Shown here: piece by piece, positions 1 to 9,721 of the stretch
Layout: each line of letters begins with the position of its first letter
Numbering within the stretch: the first letter of the stretch is position 1
Source: a virus
Lineage: Duplodnaviria; Caudoviricetes
Virus record (IMG/VR): IMGVR_UViG_3300016652_000023
Location: 1 to 60,847 of that record
Length of the DNA: 60,847 nucleotides
Reading direction: 5' to 3' (one strand)
The notes under the pieces: model-generated
Databases searched by the model: none
The model's input: the letters and a program-made list of their open reading frames with translations, nothing else
What the model was told of the DNA's origin: nothing
Translations under genes and position numbers: made by a program

Positions 1-18
1 TACTACAAGTAGTACAAC
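1..18. repeat. Terminal direct repeat (left copy), TACTACAAGTAGTACAAC
   Basis: Identical to 60830-60847; indicates circular or terminally redundant assembly. Confidence 0.9.
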
Positions 19-120
19 GGTTATCGATGACAATAGGTTTACTTGTGATCGACCTATTGTCAGTATATATGACCGCCCATCGGTTGCCATATAGGTGGGT
101 TTTGGGTTAAGGTTCGCTCA

Positions 121-1002
121 GTGTTCACCAGGGCGGGAGAGGTTGGAAGGATGAAAGCATTACCAGAGGCTGCGGTGCGCCAGCTGGCGAAGGGTATCCC
201 AGCGGATAAGGTTCTAATGCCTCACGTTCAGTTATCACCTCGAGAGCGGCAGTTCGTTCAGCGTATAGCAGAGGGTGCAGGCAAGCGCGAAGCGTTCATC
301 GAAGCGTTCAAACCCGGCGGCACCTCGAGGTCGGTTAGCACAGCGGCCTGGAAGGTGGCGAAGCGACCGGAAGTGCAGCAAGCGCTCGCGCAGGAAAAGG
401 CGGTGGAAAGGTTGAGGTATTCGCAAAACCCCGATCAAATACGTACTTTCGTGGTCGACCAGCTGCAACATGAGGCTAAAACCGCCCAAAAACCTAACGA
501 CAGACTGCGTGCGCTGGAGCTCCTGGGCAAGCTTGCTGACGTTGCCGCTTTCGAGACGCGCTCGGTTGTCACGCACCAGAAAGCGGACACGCGCTCGGCG
601 TTGCGGTCGAAGCTTGAGCGGCTGGCGGCCATCGACGTGGAGGTCAGGGAGACCCCTACCGATGGGGGGGAGGGTCAAAGTGACGGGCTTGTTGGGGGCG
701 ACACTACGTCCATTAATCCCCACCAACAATCCCACGATTTTCAACAATCCCAAGAGCTGTCCTACCAGCAGGACACCACCCCCTTTGAAAATGAAGATGA
801 AGGTATAGAGAAGAAACATCCACAGGAAGTGGCCCCCCATGAAAAGGATTTGGGTTCCCATATGGGGAGGGGTAAAAAGGAGAAGCCTATATGGAAAGAT
901 CCGAAGCGTTGGTATAAGGAGCATATAGGGGAGATTGAGATGGAGGATCTTTTGCCGAGGGAGGAGGCGAGGGATCGTATACAACAGAGGTTGAAGGAAT
1001 GA
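121..1002 (+). CDS. terS: Putative terminase small subunit with long acidic C-terminal extension (start may be ATG 151)
   Basis: Upstream of terL; N-terminal HTH-like segment and 'RLRALELLGK' motif typical of TerS. Confidence 0.65.
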   Translation: MFTRAGEVGRMKALPEAAVRQLAKGIPADKVLMPHVQLSPRERQFVQRIAEGAGKREAFIEAFKPGGTSRSVSTAAWKVAKRPEVQQALAQEKAVERLRYSQNPDQIRTFVVDQLQHEAKTAQKPNDRLRALELLGKLADVAAFETRSVVTHQKADTRSALRSKLERLAAIDVEVRETPTDGGEGQSDGLVGGDTTSINPHQQSHDFQQSQELSYQQDTTPFENEDEGIEKKHPQEVAPHEKDLGSHMGRGKKEKPIWKDPKRWYKEHIGEIEMEDLLPREEARDRIQQRLKE

Positions 1003-1223
1003 CGCCCGCGCAGAAAAATGTTTATCGGGTAATTAAGGAGTGGTGGGATATATATAAGTTTGGGCCTACCTATGATGACATTCGGTTTTGTTTGATGCAC
1101 GAGAGTAAGTCGTCGGTATGGAAGACGGTGAATAGGTTAGTGAAGAAGGGGTATTTGAAGAGGACGCCTGGGATGTCTAGGAGTATTACGGTGACCAAGA
1201 AGAATCCTGATGACGGAACTTAG
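999..1223 (+). CDS. LexA-type winged-helix DNA-binding domain protein (no peptidase domain)
   Basis: MTPAQ..VY..I......FGPT..DI......SKSSV...V..L..KGYLKR....SRSI matches the LexA N-terminal pattern. Confidence 0.75.
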   Translation: MTPAQKNVYRVIKEWWDIYKFGPTYDDIRFCLMHESKSSVWKTVNRLVKKGYLKRTPGMSRSITVTKKNPDDGT

Positions 1224-2715
1224 GAAATACGCTCGGGCGGCGTTGAAGCATTTGCATCTCTTGACAGAAGAGGAGCAGGCGCTTTTGCTGGATGAGATTT
1301 CGTTGATGGAGCAAGAGGAGCTTAAGTTAGAAGCTCAAGGAAAGTTCTTGCCGTTTGTGAAAAGAATCTGGCCGGGGTTTATTGAGGGCTATCACCATAA
1401 GTTGGTGGCTGAGGCTTTTGAAGAGGTTGTCTTTGGGGATTGTAAAAGGCTGATTATTAATATGCCGCCAAGGCATACAAAGAGTGAGTTTGCTTCTTTT
1501 GCGTTGCCTGCTTGGTTCTTGGGGAATTTTCCTGATAGGAAGGTGATACAGACATCCCATACAGCAGAGCTGGCGGTTGGGTTTGGCAGGAAGGTAAGGA
1601 ATCTGGTTAATTCAGATGAGTATAAGAAGGTGTTTGATGAGGTGAAGCTTCAGCAGGATTCAAAGGCTGCGGGCAGATGGTCTACGAATAAGGGTGGTGA
1701 GTATTTTGCGATTGGGGTGGGTGGTGCTGTAACGGGTAAGGGTGCGGACTTATTGATTATTGATGATCCGCATTCTGAGCAGGAAGCTAAGTTGGCGATG
1801 CACAAGCCCGAGGTGTTTGATTCGGTGTATGAGTGGTATACATCAGGGCCGAGACAACGATTGCAGCCTGGGGGAAGAATTATTGTTGTGATGACGCGTT
1901 GGTCGTTGAGAGATTTAACGGGCCATGTGTTGAAGTCTAGTAGTACAAGAAGTGGTGATGAGTGGAAGGTGATTGAGTTACCGGCCATCATGCCTTCGGG
2001 GAGGCCTTTGTGGCCTGGGTTTTGGAAGTTAGAGGAATTACTTGCACTGAAAGAGGAGCTGCCGGTTAGTAAGTGGCAGGCTCAGTATCAACAACAGCCT
2101 ACAGCTGAAGAAGGTGCGATTGTTAAGCGGGAATGGTGGAAGCGTTGGGAGTCAGACAGACCGCCTGCATGTGATTTTGTGATTCAGAGTTGGGATACGG
2201 CGTTTTTGAAGAGTCAAAGAGCGGATTATTCGGCATGTACGACTTGGGGTGTGTGGACAACCGAAGACGGCGTGACGAATATTATTTTGTTAGATGCGTT
2301 TAAAGAGCGATATGAGTTTCCAGAGTTGAAACAAAAGGCTTATGAGACGTATATGGAATGGCAACCTGATGTGTTTTTAGTGGAAGCCAAAGCTGCTGGT
2401 AGCCCGTTGATCTTTGAATTGAGGAAAATGGGCATACCGGTGAGCGAATTTACGCCAACTAAGGGTAATGACAAGATTGTTAGGCTCAATGCGGTGGCGG
2501 ATTTGTTCGCTTCGGGGAGAATTTGGGTGCCAGAGCGCAAATTTGCAGATGAATTGATTGAAGAAGTTGCTGCTTTTCCTGCTGGAGAGCATGATGACCT
2601 TGTGGACAGCATGACGCAGGCGTTATTGCGGTTCCGGACGGGCGGGTTTTTGAGCTTGCAATCCGATGACGATGACCGTGAACCCGTTTACCATCGCAAA
2701 GTAGCTTATTACTAG
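1210..2715 (+). CDS. terL: Terminase large subunit
   Basis: INMPPRHTKS Walker A variant, LLIIDDP Walker B, SWDTA and HDDLVDSMTQAL nuclease motifs. Confidence 0.95.
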   Translation: MTELRKYARAALKHLHLLTEEEQALLLDEISLMEQEELKLEAQGKFLPFVKRIWPGFIEGYHHKLVAEAFEEVVFGDCKRLIINMPPRHTKSEFASFALPAWFLGNFPDRKVIQTSHTAELAVGFGRKVRNLVNSDEYKKVFDEVKLQQDSKAAGRWSTNKGGEYFAIGVGGAVTGKGADLLIIDDPHSEQEAKLAMHKPEVFDSVYEWYTSGPRQRLQPGGRIIVVMTRWSLRDLTGHVLKSSSTRSGDEWKVIELPAIMPSGRPLWPGFWKLEELLALKEELPVSKWQAQYQQQPTAEEGAIVKREWWKRWESDRPPACDFVIQSWDTAFLKSQRADYSACTTWGVWTTEDGVTNIILLDAFKERYEFPELKQKAYETYMEWQPDVFLVEAKAAGSPLIFELRKMGIPVSEFTPTKGNDKIVRLNAVADLFASGRIWVPERKFADELIEEVAAFPAGEHDDLVDSMTQALLRFRTGGFLSLQSDDDDREPVYHRKVAYY

Positions 2716-2723
2716 GAATAATC

Positions 2724-5111
2724 ATGGCAATTGAACCCGCACTTTATCGCGCACCGCTTGGTCTTGATGCTATTCAAGAAGAAGATAGTGCGATTGAAGT
2801 AGAAATTGAGAACCCTGAGTCGCTCAGTATCAGTATGGATGGGATAGAAATCACGTTAGAGCCAGAACGTGAGCAACCCGAAGATCATGATGCCAATCTT
2901 GCTGAGTATATGGATGACCGTGACCTTGCATCCATTGCGAGTGACCTGATTGATGACTTTGAAACTGATCAGTCGTCTAGAAAAGAATGGGTTGATACCT
3001 ATGTGGATGGTTTAAAGCTCTTGGGTCTTAAGTATGAAGACCGAACTGAGCCTTGGCCGGGAGCTTGTGGTGTTTTTTACCCGATTTTGTCTGAAGCTGC
3101 GGTGAGATTCCAGGCTGAATCAATTATGGAGACGTTCCCAGCGTCTGGACCGGTTAAGACACAGATTGTTGGGAAGTTAACGAAGGATAAAGAACAAGCA
3201 GCCGAGCGTGTTAAAGATGATATGAACTGGCGGCTGACGGAACAGATGCCTGAATACCGGCCCGAGCATGAAAAAATGCTTTGGTCGCTGGCATTAGCAG
3301 GATCAGCATTTAAGAAGGTCTACTACGATCCTTCGCTAGGAAGACAGGTATCCATGTTTGTCCCGGCAGAGGATATTGTTGTGCCTTTTGGGGCAAGTGA
3401 CCTGCGATCTTCCCCGCGTATTACGCAGATCATGCGTAAGACCAAGAATGAAGTAAGAAAATTACAACACGCTGGTTTGTGGCGGGATGTAGAACTTGGC
3501 GAGCCTACGACAACGCTGGATGATATTGAAAAGCGCAAGGCAGAAGAGCAGGGTATGTCTGCCACGATGGATGATCGCTACCGCATTCTTGAAATGTGTG
3601 TGGATATTGATCTACCGGGGTTTGAAGATTCAGACAAAGAAGGTCCGACTGGGATTGCACTGCCTTATGTGGTGACGATAGACAAAGGCACGAGCAAGAT
3701 TCTTGCTATCCGAAGGAACTGGTACGCCGATGATCCGTTGAAATTAAAGCGGATGCACTACACCCACTATATATATATACCTGGGTTTGGTTTCTACGGG
3801 TTTGGGCTGATTCATTTGGTTGGTGCGTTTGCGAAATCAGGTACGTCTTTAATTAGGCAGTTAGTCGATGCAGGGACGTTATCCAATCTGCCGGGAGGAT
3901 TGAAGTCTCGCGGCCTGCGGGTTAAGGGTGATGACACACCGATTAGTCCGGGGGAATTTAGGGATGTCGATGTTCCTTCTGGATCAATCAGAGACAACAT
4001 TTTGCCGCTGCCCTATAAAGAACCGAGTCAGGTGCTTTATCAACTGCTGCAAACGATTGTTGCTGAGGGTAGAAGATTTGCCGCAACGGCTGACATGCAG
4101 ATTTCTGATTTGTCTGCCAATACACCGGTTGGCACAACGCTGGCAGTTTTAGAAAGAACGCTAAAGGTAATGTCTGCGGTGCAGGCAAGACTGCATTACT
4201 CGATGCGCCAAGAGTTCAAATTACTGGCAGCGATCATTAGGGATTACACACCGGAAGAATATTCATACGATGTTGATTCGCCGATGGGTCGGCAAGTCAA
4301 ACAGTCAGATTATGACCATGTAGATGTCATACCTGTATCAGATCCTAATGCAACAACACTTGCCCAACGAGTAACGCAGTATCAAGCGGTGCTTCAGCTG
4401 GCCGCACAAGCCCCGCAGATATACGATATGCCAGAGCTTCATAAGCGAATGCTTGGCGTATTGGGTATTAAGGATATTGATAAGCTGATACCTGGATCAA
4501 AGGATCAAACGCCAAGAGATCCGGTGTCGGAGAACATGTGCATACTTAATATGCAGCCGGTTAAAGCATTCATGTATCAAGACCATGAAGCGCATTTAGC
4601 CGTTCACATGGCTGCACTTCAAGATCCAATGTTAAGACAGATGACGCAGCAAAACCCGATGGGTGGGCAGATGATGGCTGCGGCAATGGCTCACGTTAAT
4701 GAACATCTTGGATTCTTGTACCGCAAACAACTTGAAGAACAATTAGGCGTGCCACTTCCCCCGCCGGATGAGCCTTTACCTGAAGACTTTGAAGTCGAGT
4801 TATCAAGACTTGTAGCCAAAGGAGCGCAGCAGCTGCTTCAGGTACATCAAAACCAAGCCGCTCAACAACAAGCGCAAGAGGCGCAACAAGATCCAGTTGT
4901 GCAAATGCAGCAAGCTGAACTGGCAATTAAACAGGCTCGCGAGCAACGTGAGGCCATGAAGGATCAGGCTGAGATGCAGCTCAAGGCACAAGCACAACAA
5001 GACAAGGTAAGGCTAGAAGAGCAACGCATAGCCAGTCAAAACGCGATTGCCGAGCAAAACATCGCAGCCAAGATGATTGATAAAGCAGTGGATATTCGCC
5101 GGGGTATGTAA
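2724..5111 (+). CDS. Portal protein
   Basis: 795 aa directly after terL; 'GSAFKKVYYD', 'PGFGFYGFGL', Q-rich coiled-coil C-terminus as in P22-like portals. Confidence 0.85.
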   Translation: MAIEPALYRAPLGLDAIQEEDSAIEVEIENPESLSISMDGIEITLEPEREQPEDHDANLAEYMDDRDLASIASDLIDDFETDQSSRKEWVDTYVDGLKLLGLKYEDRTEPWPGACGVFYPILSEAAVRFQAESIMETFPASGPVKTQIVGKLTKDKEQAAERVKDDMNWRLTEQMPEYRPEHEKMLWSLALAGSAFKKVYYDPSLGRQVSMFVPAEDIVVPFGASDLRSSPRITQIMRKTKNEVRKLQHAGLWRDVELGEPTTTLDDIEKRKAEEQGMSATMDDRYRILEMCVDIDLPGFEDSDKEGPTGIALPYVVTIDKGTSKILAIRRNWYADDPLKLKRMHYTHYIYIPGFGFYGFGLIHLVGAFAKSGTSLIRQLVDAGTLSNLPGGLKSRGLRVKGDDTPISPGEFRDVDVPSGSIRDNILPLPYKEPSQVLYQLLQTIVAEGRRFAATADMQISDLSANTPVGTTLAVLERTLKVMSAVQARLHYSMRQEFKLLAAIIRDYTPEEYSYDVDSPMGRQVKQSDYDHVDVIPVSDPNATTLAQRVTQYQAVLQLAAQAPQIYDMPELHKRMLGVLGIKDIDKLIPGSKDQTPRDPVSENMCILNMQPVKAFMYQDHEAHLAVHMAALQDPMLRQMTQQNPMGGQMMAAAMAHVNEHLGFLYRKQLEEQLGVPLPPPDEPLPEDFEVELSRLVAKGAQQLLQVHQNQAAQQQAQEAQQDPVVQMQQAELAIKQAREQREAMKDQAEMQLKAQAQQDKVRLEEQRIASQNAIAEQNIAAKMIDKAVDIRRGM

Positions 5112-5308
5112 TGGATTACTACGAAGCGTTGGACTTAGAGTTGAGAAAGCATATTAGTTATTTAGAAGGACAACTTTCGCAAGGGAGCATGAAGTCATTT
5201 GATGACTACAAATTCGTCTGCGGCCAGATTCAAGGTCTGATGGTCGCAAGGCGCACTAATGAAGACCTTGCAAGTCGAGCAAAGGAAAGAGATGACGGAT
5301 TTATCTGA
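5111..5308 (+). CDS. Hypothetical protein
   Basis: Translationally coupled ORF (TAATG overlap) in head operon. Confidence 0.7.
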   Translation: MDYYEALDLELRKHISYLEGQLSQGSMKSFDDYKFVCGQIQGLMVARRTNEDLASRAKERDDGFI

Positions 5309-5657
5309 ATTAGAAGCACCACAAGCCACCCAGCTTCCTGTGCCTACGGGCTATCGGATGTTATGTGCCTTGCCTGAAGTTGAGGACAAGTTTGCGAATG
5401 GCATTTTAAAACCAGACGCACTGACAAAGTTGGAAGAGTTCAGTACGGTAGTTTTGTTTGTTTTAAAGCAAGGGCCGGATTGTTACAAAGATCAGGCCAA
5501 ATTTCCTACGGGGCCGTGGTGCCACGAAGGTGATTTTATTTTGGTCCGCGCTTATTCAGGCACGCGATTCAAGATTCATGGAAGAGAGTTTCGTTTGATT
5601 AACGACGACACGGTAGAAGGTGTCGTGCAAGACCCACGCGGATATAGCCGCGCATAA
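5292..5657 (+). CDS. GroES/Cpn10-like co-chaperonin
   Basis: P.GYRML...E.E.K...GIL.P....., V...GP, GDFIL...YSGT.F...G.EF.LI.DD.V.GVV pattern of GroES. Confidence 0.8.
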   Translation: MTDLSELEAPQATQLPVPTGYRMLCALPEVEDKFANGILKPDALTKLEEFSTVVLFVLKQGPDCYKDQAKFPTGPWCHEGDFILVRAYSGTRFKIHGREFRLINDDTVEGVVQDPRGYSRA

Positions 5658-5667
5658 AGGAGCCGTT

Positions 5668-6618
5668 ATGGCAGCAGAGCAAGAAGGAAAGATTGAAGTA
5701 GAAGTAGAAGGCGAAGGTCCGTCAGAAATAGAAATTGTTGATGACCGGCCTGAAGCGGATAAAAATGCAACGCCGTTAAAAGCAGATCCATCAGATATTC
5801 CTGAAGATGAGATTAAGAATTACTCAGACAATGTTAAGAAACGCATTCAGCACTTAAAGCATGGTTATCACGATGAACGACGCGCCAAGGAAGAGGCATT
5901 TCGTGAACGTGAAGCGGCTATTGCTTATGCAAAACAAATCGCAGATGAGAATGCAAAGCTTAAAGAAAAACTGACTAATGGCGAGTCAACGCTTATAAAG
6001 ACGATGCAGTTTGCAACGGAAAAAGAAGTTGCAGAAGCAGAACGTAGTTATAAGGAGGCATTAGAAAGCCAAGATAGCGACCGCATTTTAAAAGCCCAAA
6101 AGGCTTTAAATGTTGCTATGTTGAAGTCAGAGCGGGTTAAAAACTTTAAGCCCCAAGCGGCGCAGCCACAACAACAGTTGCCGCAACAGCAAACTCCTGC
6201 CTATAATCCACCACAAGATACTTATATAGACCGCAAAGCTGATGATTGGAAGCGCCAGAACCCTTGGTTCGGGCAGTCAGGTCAGCCTGGGGTTGATGAT
6301 GAGATGACATTTTTCGCTATGGGCCTGCACCGCAAGCTTACTCGGGAACGTGGCGAACAATATGCACTTACTGATGAGTATTACGAGAAAATAAATTCTC
6401 GCATAAAGGAAAAATTTCCTGAATATTTTGGTTTACAGGACGAGCCAAAAGAAGAAACAAGACGTCCTGCTTCGGTGGTTGCCCCGGCAACGCGCAGCTC
6501 GCCACCTAAAAAACTGAAGCTGACCGCCTCGGAAGCTAACGCTGCCCGCAGGATTGGCGTGCCGCTAGAAACTTACGCCAGAGAATTGGCAAAACTCCGT
6601 ATGGAAGGAAAACTATGA
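5668..6618 (+). CDS. Putative capsid scaffolding protein
   Basis: Acidic N-terminus, coiled-coil body, position between portal and capsid genes. Confidence 0.6.
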   Translation: MAAEQEGKIEVEVEGEGPSEIEIVDDRPEADKNATPLKADPSDIPEDEIKNYSDNVKKRIQHLKHGYHDERRAKEEAFREREAAIAYAKQIADENAKLKEKLTNGESTLIKTMQFATEKEVAEAERSYKEALESQDSDRILKAQKALNVAMLKSERVKNFKPQAAQPQQQLPQQQTPAYNPPQDTYIDRKADDWKRQNPWFGQSGQPGVDDEMTFFAMGLHRKLTRERGEQYALTDEYYEKINSRIKEKFPEYFGLQDEPKEETRRPASVVAPATRSSPPKKLKLTASEANAARRIGVPLETYARELAKLRMEGKL

Positions 6619-7055
6619 GCCGCGAATCCCGTGAAGTACAGAGCCGTGAACAAACGGAACGTCCCAAGCAGTGGAAGCCGCCCAGCTCATTGCCTGATCC
6701 CCTACCGAGAGATGGCTGGAAACATCGCTGGGTCAGAACGTCAATCCTTGGACAGCCTGACGCTAGAAATGTAGCAACCCGTCATCAAGATGGATTTGAA
6801 CCATGCAAATGGGAAGAATATCCAGAAGTAGCCCGAGCCATGCTCGCAACCGGACCTCAAACCGGAAACATTGAGATTGGTGGATTAATGCTGTGCCGCG
6901 CCCCTGTAGAGATGGTCGAGCAACGTAATAGTTATTACATGCAGCAAGCTCGTGATTGGATGCAGAGTGTGGACAGTAATTTCATGCGCGAAAACGACCC
7001 ACGGATGCCACTCTTTAATGAGAAACGATCCGAGGTCCGATTCGGTAAGAGATAA
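6615..7055 (+). CDS. Hypothetical head-module protein
   Basis: Coupled ORF with 'GWKHRWVR' and 'IEIGGLMLC' segments. Confidence 0.7.
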   Translation: MSRESREVQSREQTERPKQWKPPSSLPDPLPRDGWKHRWVRTSILGQPDARNVATRHQDGFEPCKWEEYPEVARAMLATGPQTGNIEIGGLMLCRAPVEMVEQRNSYYMQQARDWMQSVDSNFMRENDPRMPLFNEKRSEVRFGKR

Positions 7056-7076
7056 ACCTCATTTGGAGTAATTTAA

Positions 7077-7745
7077 ATGGCTTACCCGACTATTTCAGGC
7101 CCATATGGCCTGCGTCCGGTCAATTTGATCGGCGGTCAGGTGTTTGCCGGAGCCACTCGTCAGCGTCGGATCGTAAACTCCAGCGCATCGAGTATTGGTT
7201 TTGGTGACCCTGTGAAGTTTGATAGCAACGGTTGCGTTGTCGTCTGTACCGAAACAACGACTGCCCCAACCACTGGTTTTGCTGGTGTGTTCATGGGCGT
7301 GACGTTTGTTTCATCCGTAACTGGTCAGCCGACCTTCTCACAAGCTTGGATCTCTGGTACCGCAGTAGCAAGTAACACAAACATCGTTGCTTACATCTGT
7401 GAAGACCCAGATCAGTTGTTCCAAGTTTGCGGTGTTAGCGGCACGACGGTTGTTTCTACCACATCAGGTTTTACCTACACTGACGTAGGTTTAAACGTTG
7501 CTATGGTTGCAAACACCCTAAATACCACAACCAAAGATTCACGCTACGCAGTAGATATTGCTAGCGGTGCAACGACCCAGACTTTGCCGTTGCGAATTAT
7601 TGATGTGGTGCCTGACACGGCATTTACCTATAGCGGTACTCTGTACTATCCAGAAGTCATTGTTAAGTTTAATGCAGCCTATGTGGTGCAAGCGACTGGC
7701 GTGGTGACTGGTGGTCATGCGTACAACAACCCAGTCGGACTGTAA
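7077..7745 (+). CDS. Putative head decoration / minor capsid protein
   Basis: GGAG RBS, T/G/V-rich beta-like sequence, immediately upstream of major capsid gene. Confidence 0.55.
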   Translation: MAYPTISGPYGLRPVNLIGGQVFAGATRQRRIVNSSASSIGFGDPVKFDSNGCVVVCTETTTAPTTGFAGVFMGVTFVSSVTGQPTFSQAWISGTAVASNTNIVAYICEDPDQLFQVCGVSGTTVVSTTSGFTYTDVGLNVAMVANTLNTTTKDSRYAVDIASGATTQTLPLRIIDVVPDTAFTYSGTLYYPEVIVKFNAAYVVQATGVVTGGHAYNNPVGL

Positions 7746-7756
7746 GGGGAACATAA

Positions 7757-8665
7757 ATGGCTATTTCACGCGCACAACTACTGAAAGAGCTGCTCCCCGG
7801 CTTGAACGCACTGTTCGGTCTTGAGTACGCTCGTTATGGCGAAGAACACAAAGAGATCTACGAAACCGAGACCTCTGAGCGTTCGTTTGAAGAGGAAACC
7901 AAGCTGTCTGGATTCTCGGCTGCACCAGTCAAGAACGAAGGCTCTGCGATTGCTTATGACAACGCACAGGAAGCTTGGACGGCTCGCTACACCCATGAGA
8001 CGATTGCGATGGGCTTTTCAGTCACTGAAGAAGCGATTGAAGACAACCTGTACGACTCGCTCAGTTCGCGTTATACCAAAGCGCTTGCTCGCGCAATGGC
8101 ATACACGAAACAAGTCAAGGGTGCAGCAGTGCTGAACAACGGATGGGCATCTACCGTTACTTACGGTGATGGACAGCCTTTGTTTTCCACATCGCATCCT
8201 CTTGTGTCCGGCGGCACTAACAGCAACACGCCTGCTACCCAGGCTGACTTGAATGAGACTTCGTTGGAAAACGCAGTCATTCAAATCGCAGGGTGGACGG
8301 ACGAACGTGGTCTGTTGATTGCAGCTCGCCCACGCAAGCTGATTGTTCCTCCGAACCTCCAGTTCGTGGCTACCCGTCTGTTAGAAACCGAACTCCGTGT
8401 CGGTACTAACAACAACGACATCAACGCCATCAAGAACAATGGTTCAATCCCCGAGGGATATACCATTAACCACTTCTTGACTGACACGAACGGCTGGTTC
8501 CTTACCACCGACGTGCCCAATGGATTGAAGCACTTCGTGCGGACACCCATGCAGACTGGAATGGACGGGGACTTTGACACGGGGAACGTAAGATATAAAG
8601 CGAGAGAGCGCTACTCGTTTGGAGTGAGCGACCCCCTCGGTATCTTCGGCTCGCAAGGCGCCTAA
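7757..8665 (+). CDS. Major capsid protein
   Basis: 302 aa, strongly biased codons, 'DGQPLFSTSHP', 'PRKLIVPP', 'DFDTGNVRYKARERYSFG' motifs; followed by terminator. Confidence 0.9.
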   Translation: MAISRAQLLKELLPGLNALFGLEYARYGEEHKEIYETETSERSFEEETKLSGFSAAPVKNEGSAIAYDNAQEAWTARYTHETIAMGFSVTEEAIEDNLYDSLSSRYTKALARAMAYTKQVKGAAVLNNGWASTVTYGDGQPLFSTSHPLVSGGTNSNTPATQADLNETSLENAVIQIAGWTDERGLLIAARPRKLIVPPNLQFVATRLLETELRVGTNNNDINAIKNNGSIPEGYTINHFLTDTNGWFLTTDVPNGLKHFVRTPMQTGMDGDFDTGNVRYKARERYSFGVSDPLGIFGSQGA

Positions 8666-8698
8666 TACCAATAAAATCAAGCACTTAGCTTGGTTTGG

Positions 8699-8725
8699 AA
8701 GCCACCTTCGGGTGGCTTTTTCTTT
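8699..8725 (+). terminator. Rho-independent terminator after capsid gene
   Basis: AAGCCACC-TTCG-GGTGGCTT stem with C(UUCG)G loop, followed by T-rich tract. Confidence 0.9.
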
Positions 8726-8730
8726 GCTTG

Positions 8731-8759
8731 TTGACATTGTTAGTTCCTTTCGGTACATT
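8731..8759 (+). promoter_or_regulatory. Sigma70-like promoter for the endonuclease gene
   Basis: TTGACA-N17-TACATT upstream of GGAGG RBS and ATG 8788. Confidence 0.6.
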
Positions 8760-8787
8760 ACGGTTATGGCTTTGTAACGGAGGAAAC

Positions 8788-9708
8788 ATGGAGCAAGTCA
8801 TTTATAAAATCATCAACGTGGTCAACAACAAGTTTTATGTAGGTAGCACGACAAACAAGAAGGTGCGCTTCAGGCAACACCGCAATTTGCTTCGCGGTAA
8901 TAGGCATCATTGCAAGCACTTGCAAGCATCGTGGAACAAATACGGCGAAGATAAATTTGAGTTTGTGGTTGTTGAGATTGTTTCGGAGGGTATGTCGCTC
9001 CAACAAGTAGAAGATATTTATTTACTTCAACATGTTGGGCAACCCATGTGTTACAACTCTGGGTATTCTTCGGACGCCCCTTGGCGTAACGCCCCGCCAC
9101 AAGCTACGCCAAATTTTGGCAAAGTGATGGCCCAACAACAAAAAGAAAAAATTTCTGAGGCTCTTAAAGAGTTTTACGCTGCTGATTACTTTAACCACCC
9201 GCGTGTCGGGAAAAAACACACCGAAGAAACCAAGTTAAAGATTAAACAAAACAGGGTTCCCACCGCCGGGGAAAACCACTACCGGTACGGTAAAACGCTA
9301 TCAGACGAGACAAAAGCAAAGATTGGTGCGGCGCAGCGGGGCAAGCCAAAAGTAGAAGGTCGCAAGGTTTCAGAAGAAGGGCTCTTAAAGATTCGTGAAA
9401 ATATTGAATCAGGGCGTAGCCATAAGCACTGGCTAGGACGTAAACATACCGATGAGGCAAAAGAAAAGATGAGCAAAACTGTATTTGTTATGCCTGATGG
9501 CATTTTATTCCCAAGCCTCACTGCGGTGCTGAGCCACTACGGAATGAAAATGCCGACCCTTCGTAGGGCTTTGGTATCCGGCAAACATTTAACAAAAGGG
9601 CGTTTAGCTGGGTATAGTTTTAGATATGGCGGCATTGATTCAAAGCCCACTGAAAACGATCTTGCATTAATCCGCGCAAAGCTAATTGACTCCCACCCCA
9701 ATAACTGA
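8788..9708 (+). CDS. Free-standing GIY-YIG homing endonuclease with NUMOD3-like repeats
   Basis: VIYKI.N.VN.KFYVGST..K.R...H; repeated 'GKKHTEETKLKI', 'GKTLSDETKAKI', 'GRKHTDEAKEKM'. Confidence 0.9.
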   Translation: MEQVIYKIINVVNNKFYVGSTTNKKVRFRQHRNLLRGNRHHCKHLQASWNKYGEDKFEFVVVEIVSEGMSLQQVEDIYLLQHVGQPMCYNSGYSSDAPWRNAPPQATPNFGKVMAQQQKEKISEALKEFYAADYFNHPRVGKKHTEETKLKIKQNRVPTAGENHYRYGKTLSDETKAKIGAAQRGKPKVEGRKVSEEGLLKIRENIESGRSHKHWLGRKHTDEAKEKMSKTVFVMPDGILFPSLTAVLSHYGMKMPTLRRALVSGKHLTKGRLAGYSFRYGGIDSKPTENDLALIRAKLIDSHPNN

Positions 9709-9721
9709 TACAAACCAGTTA

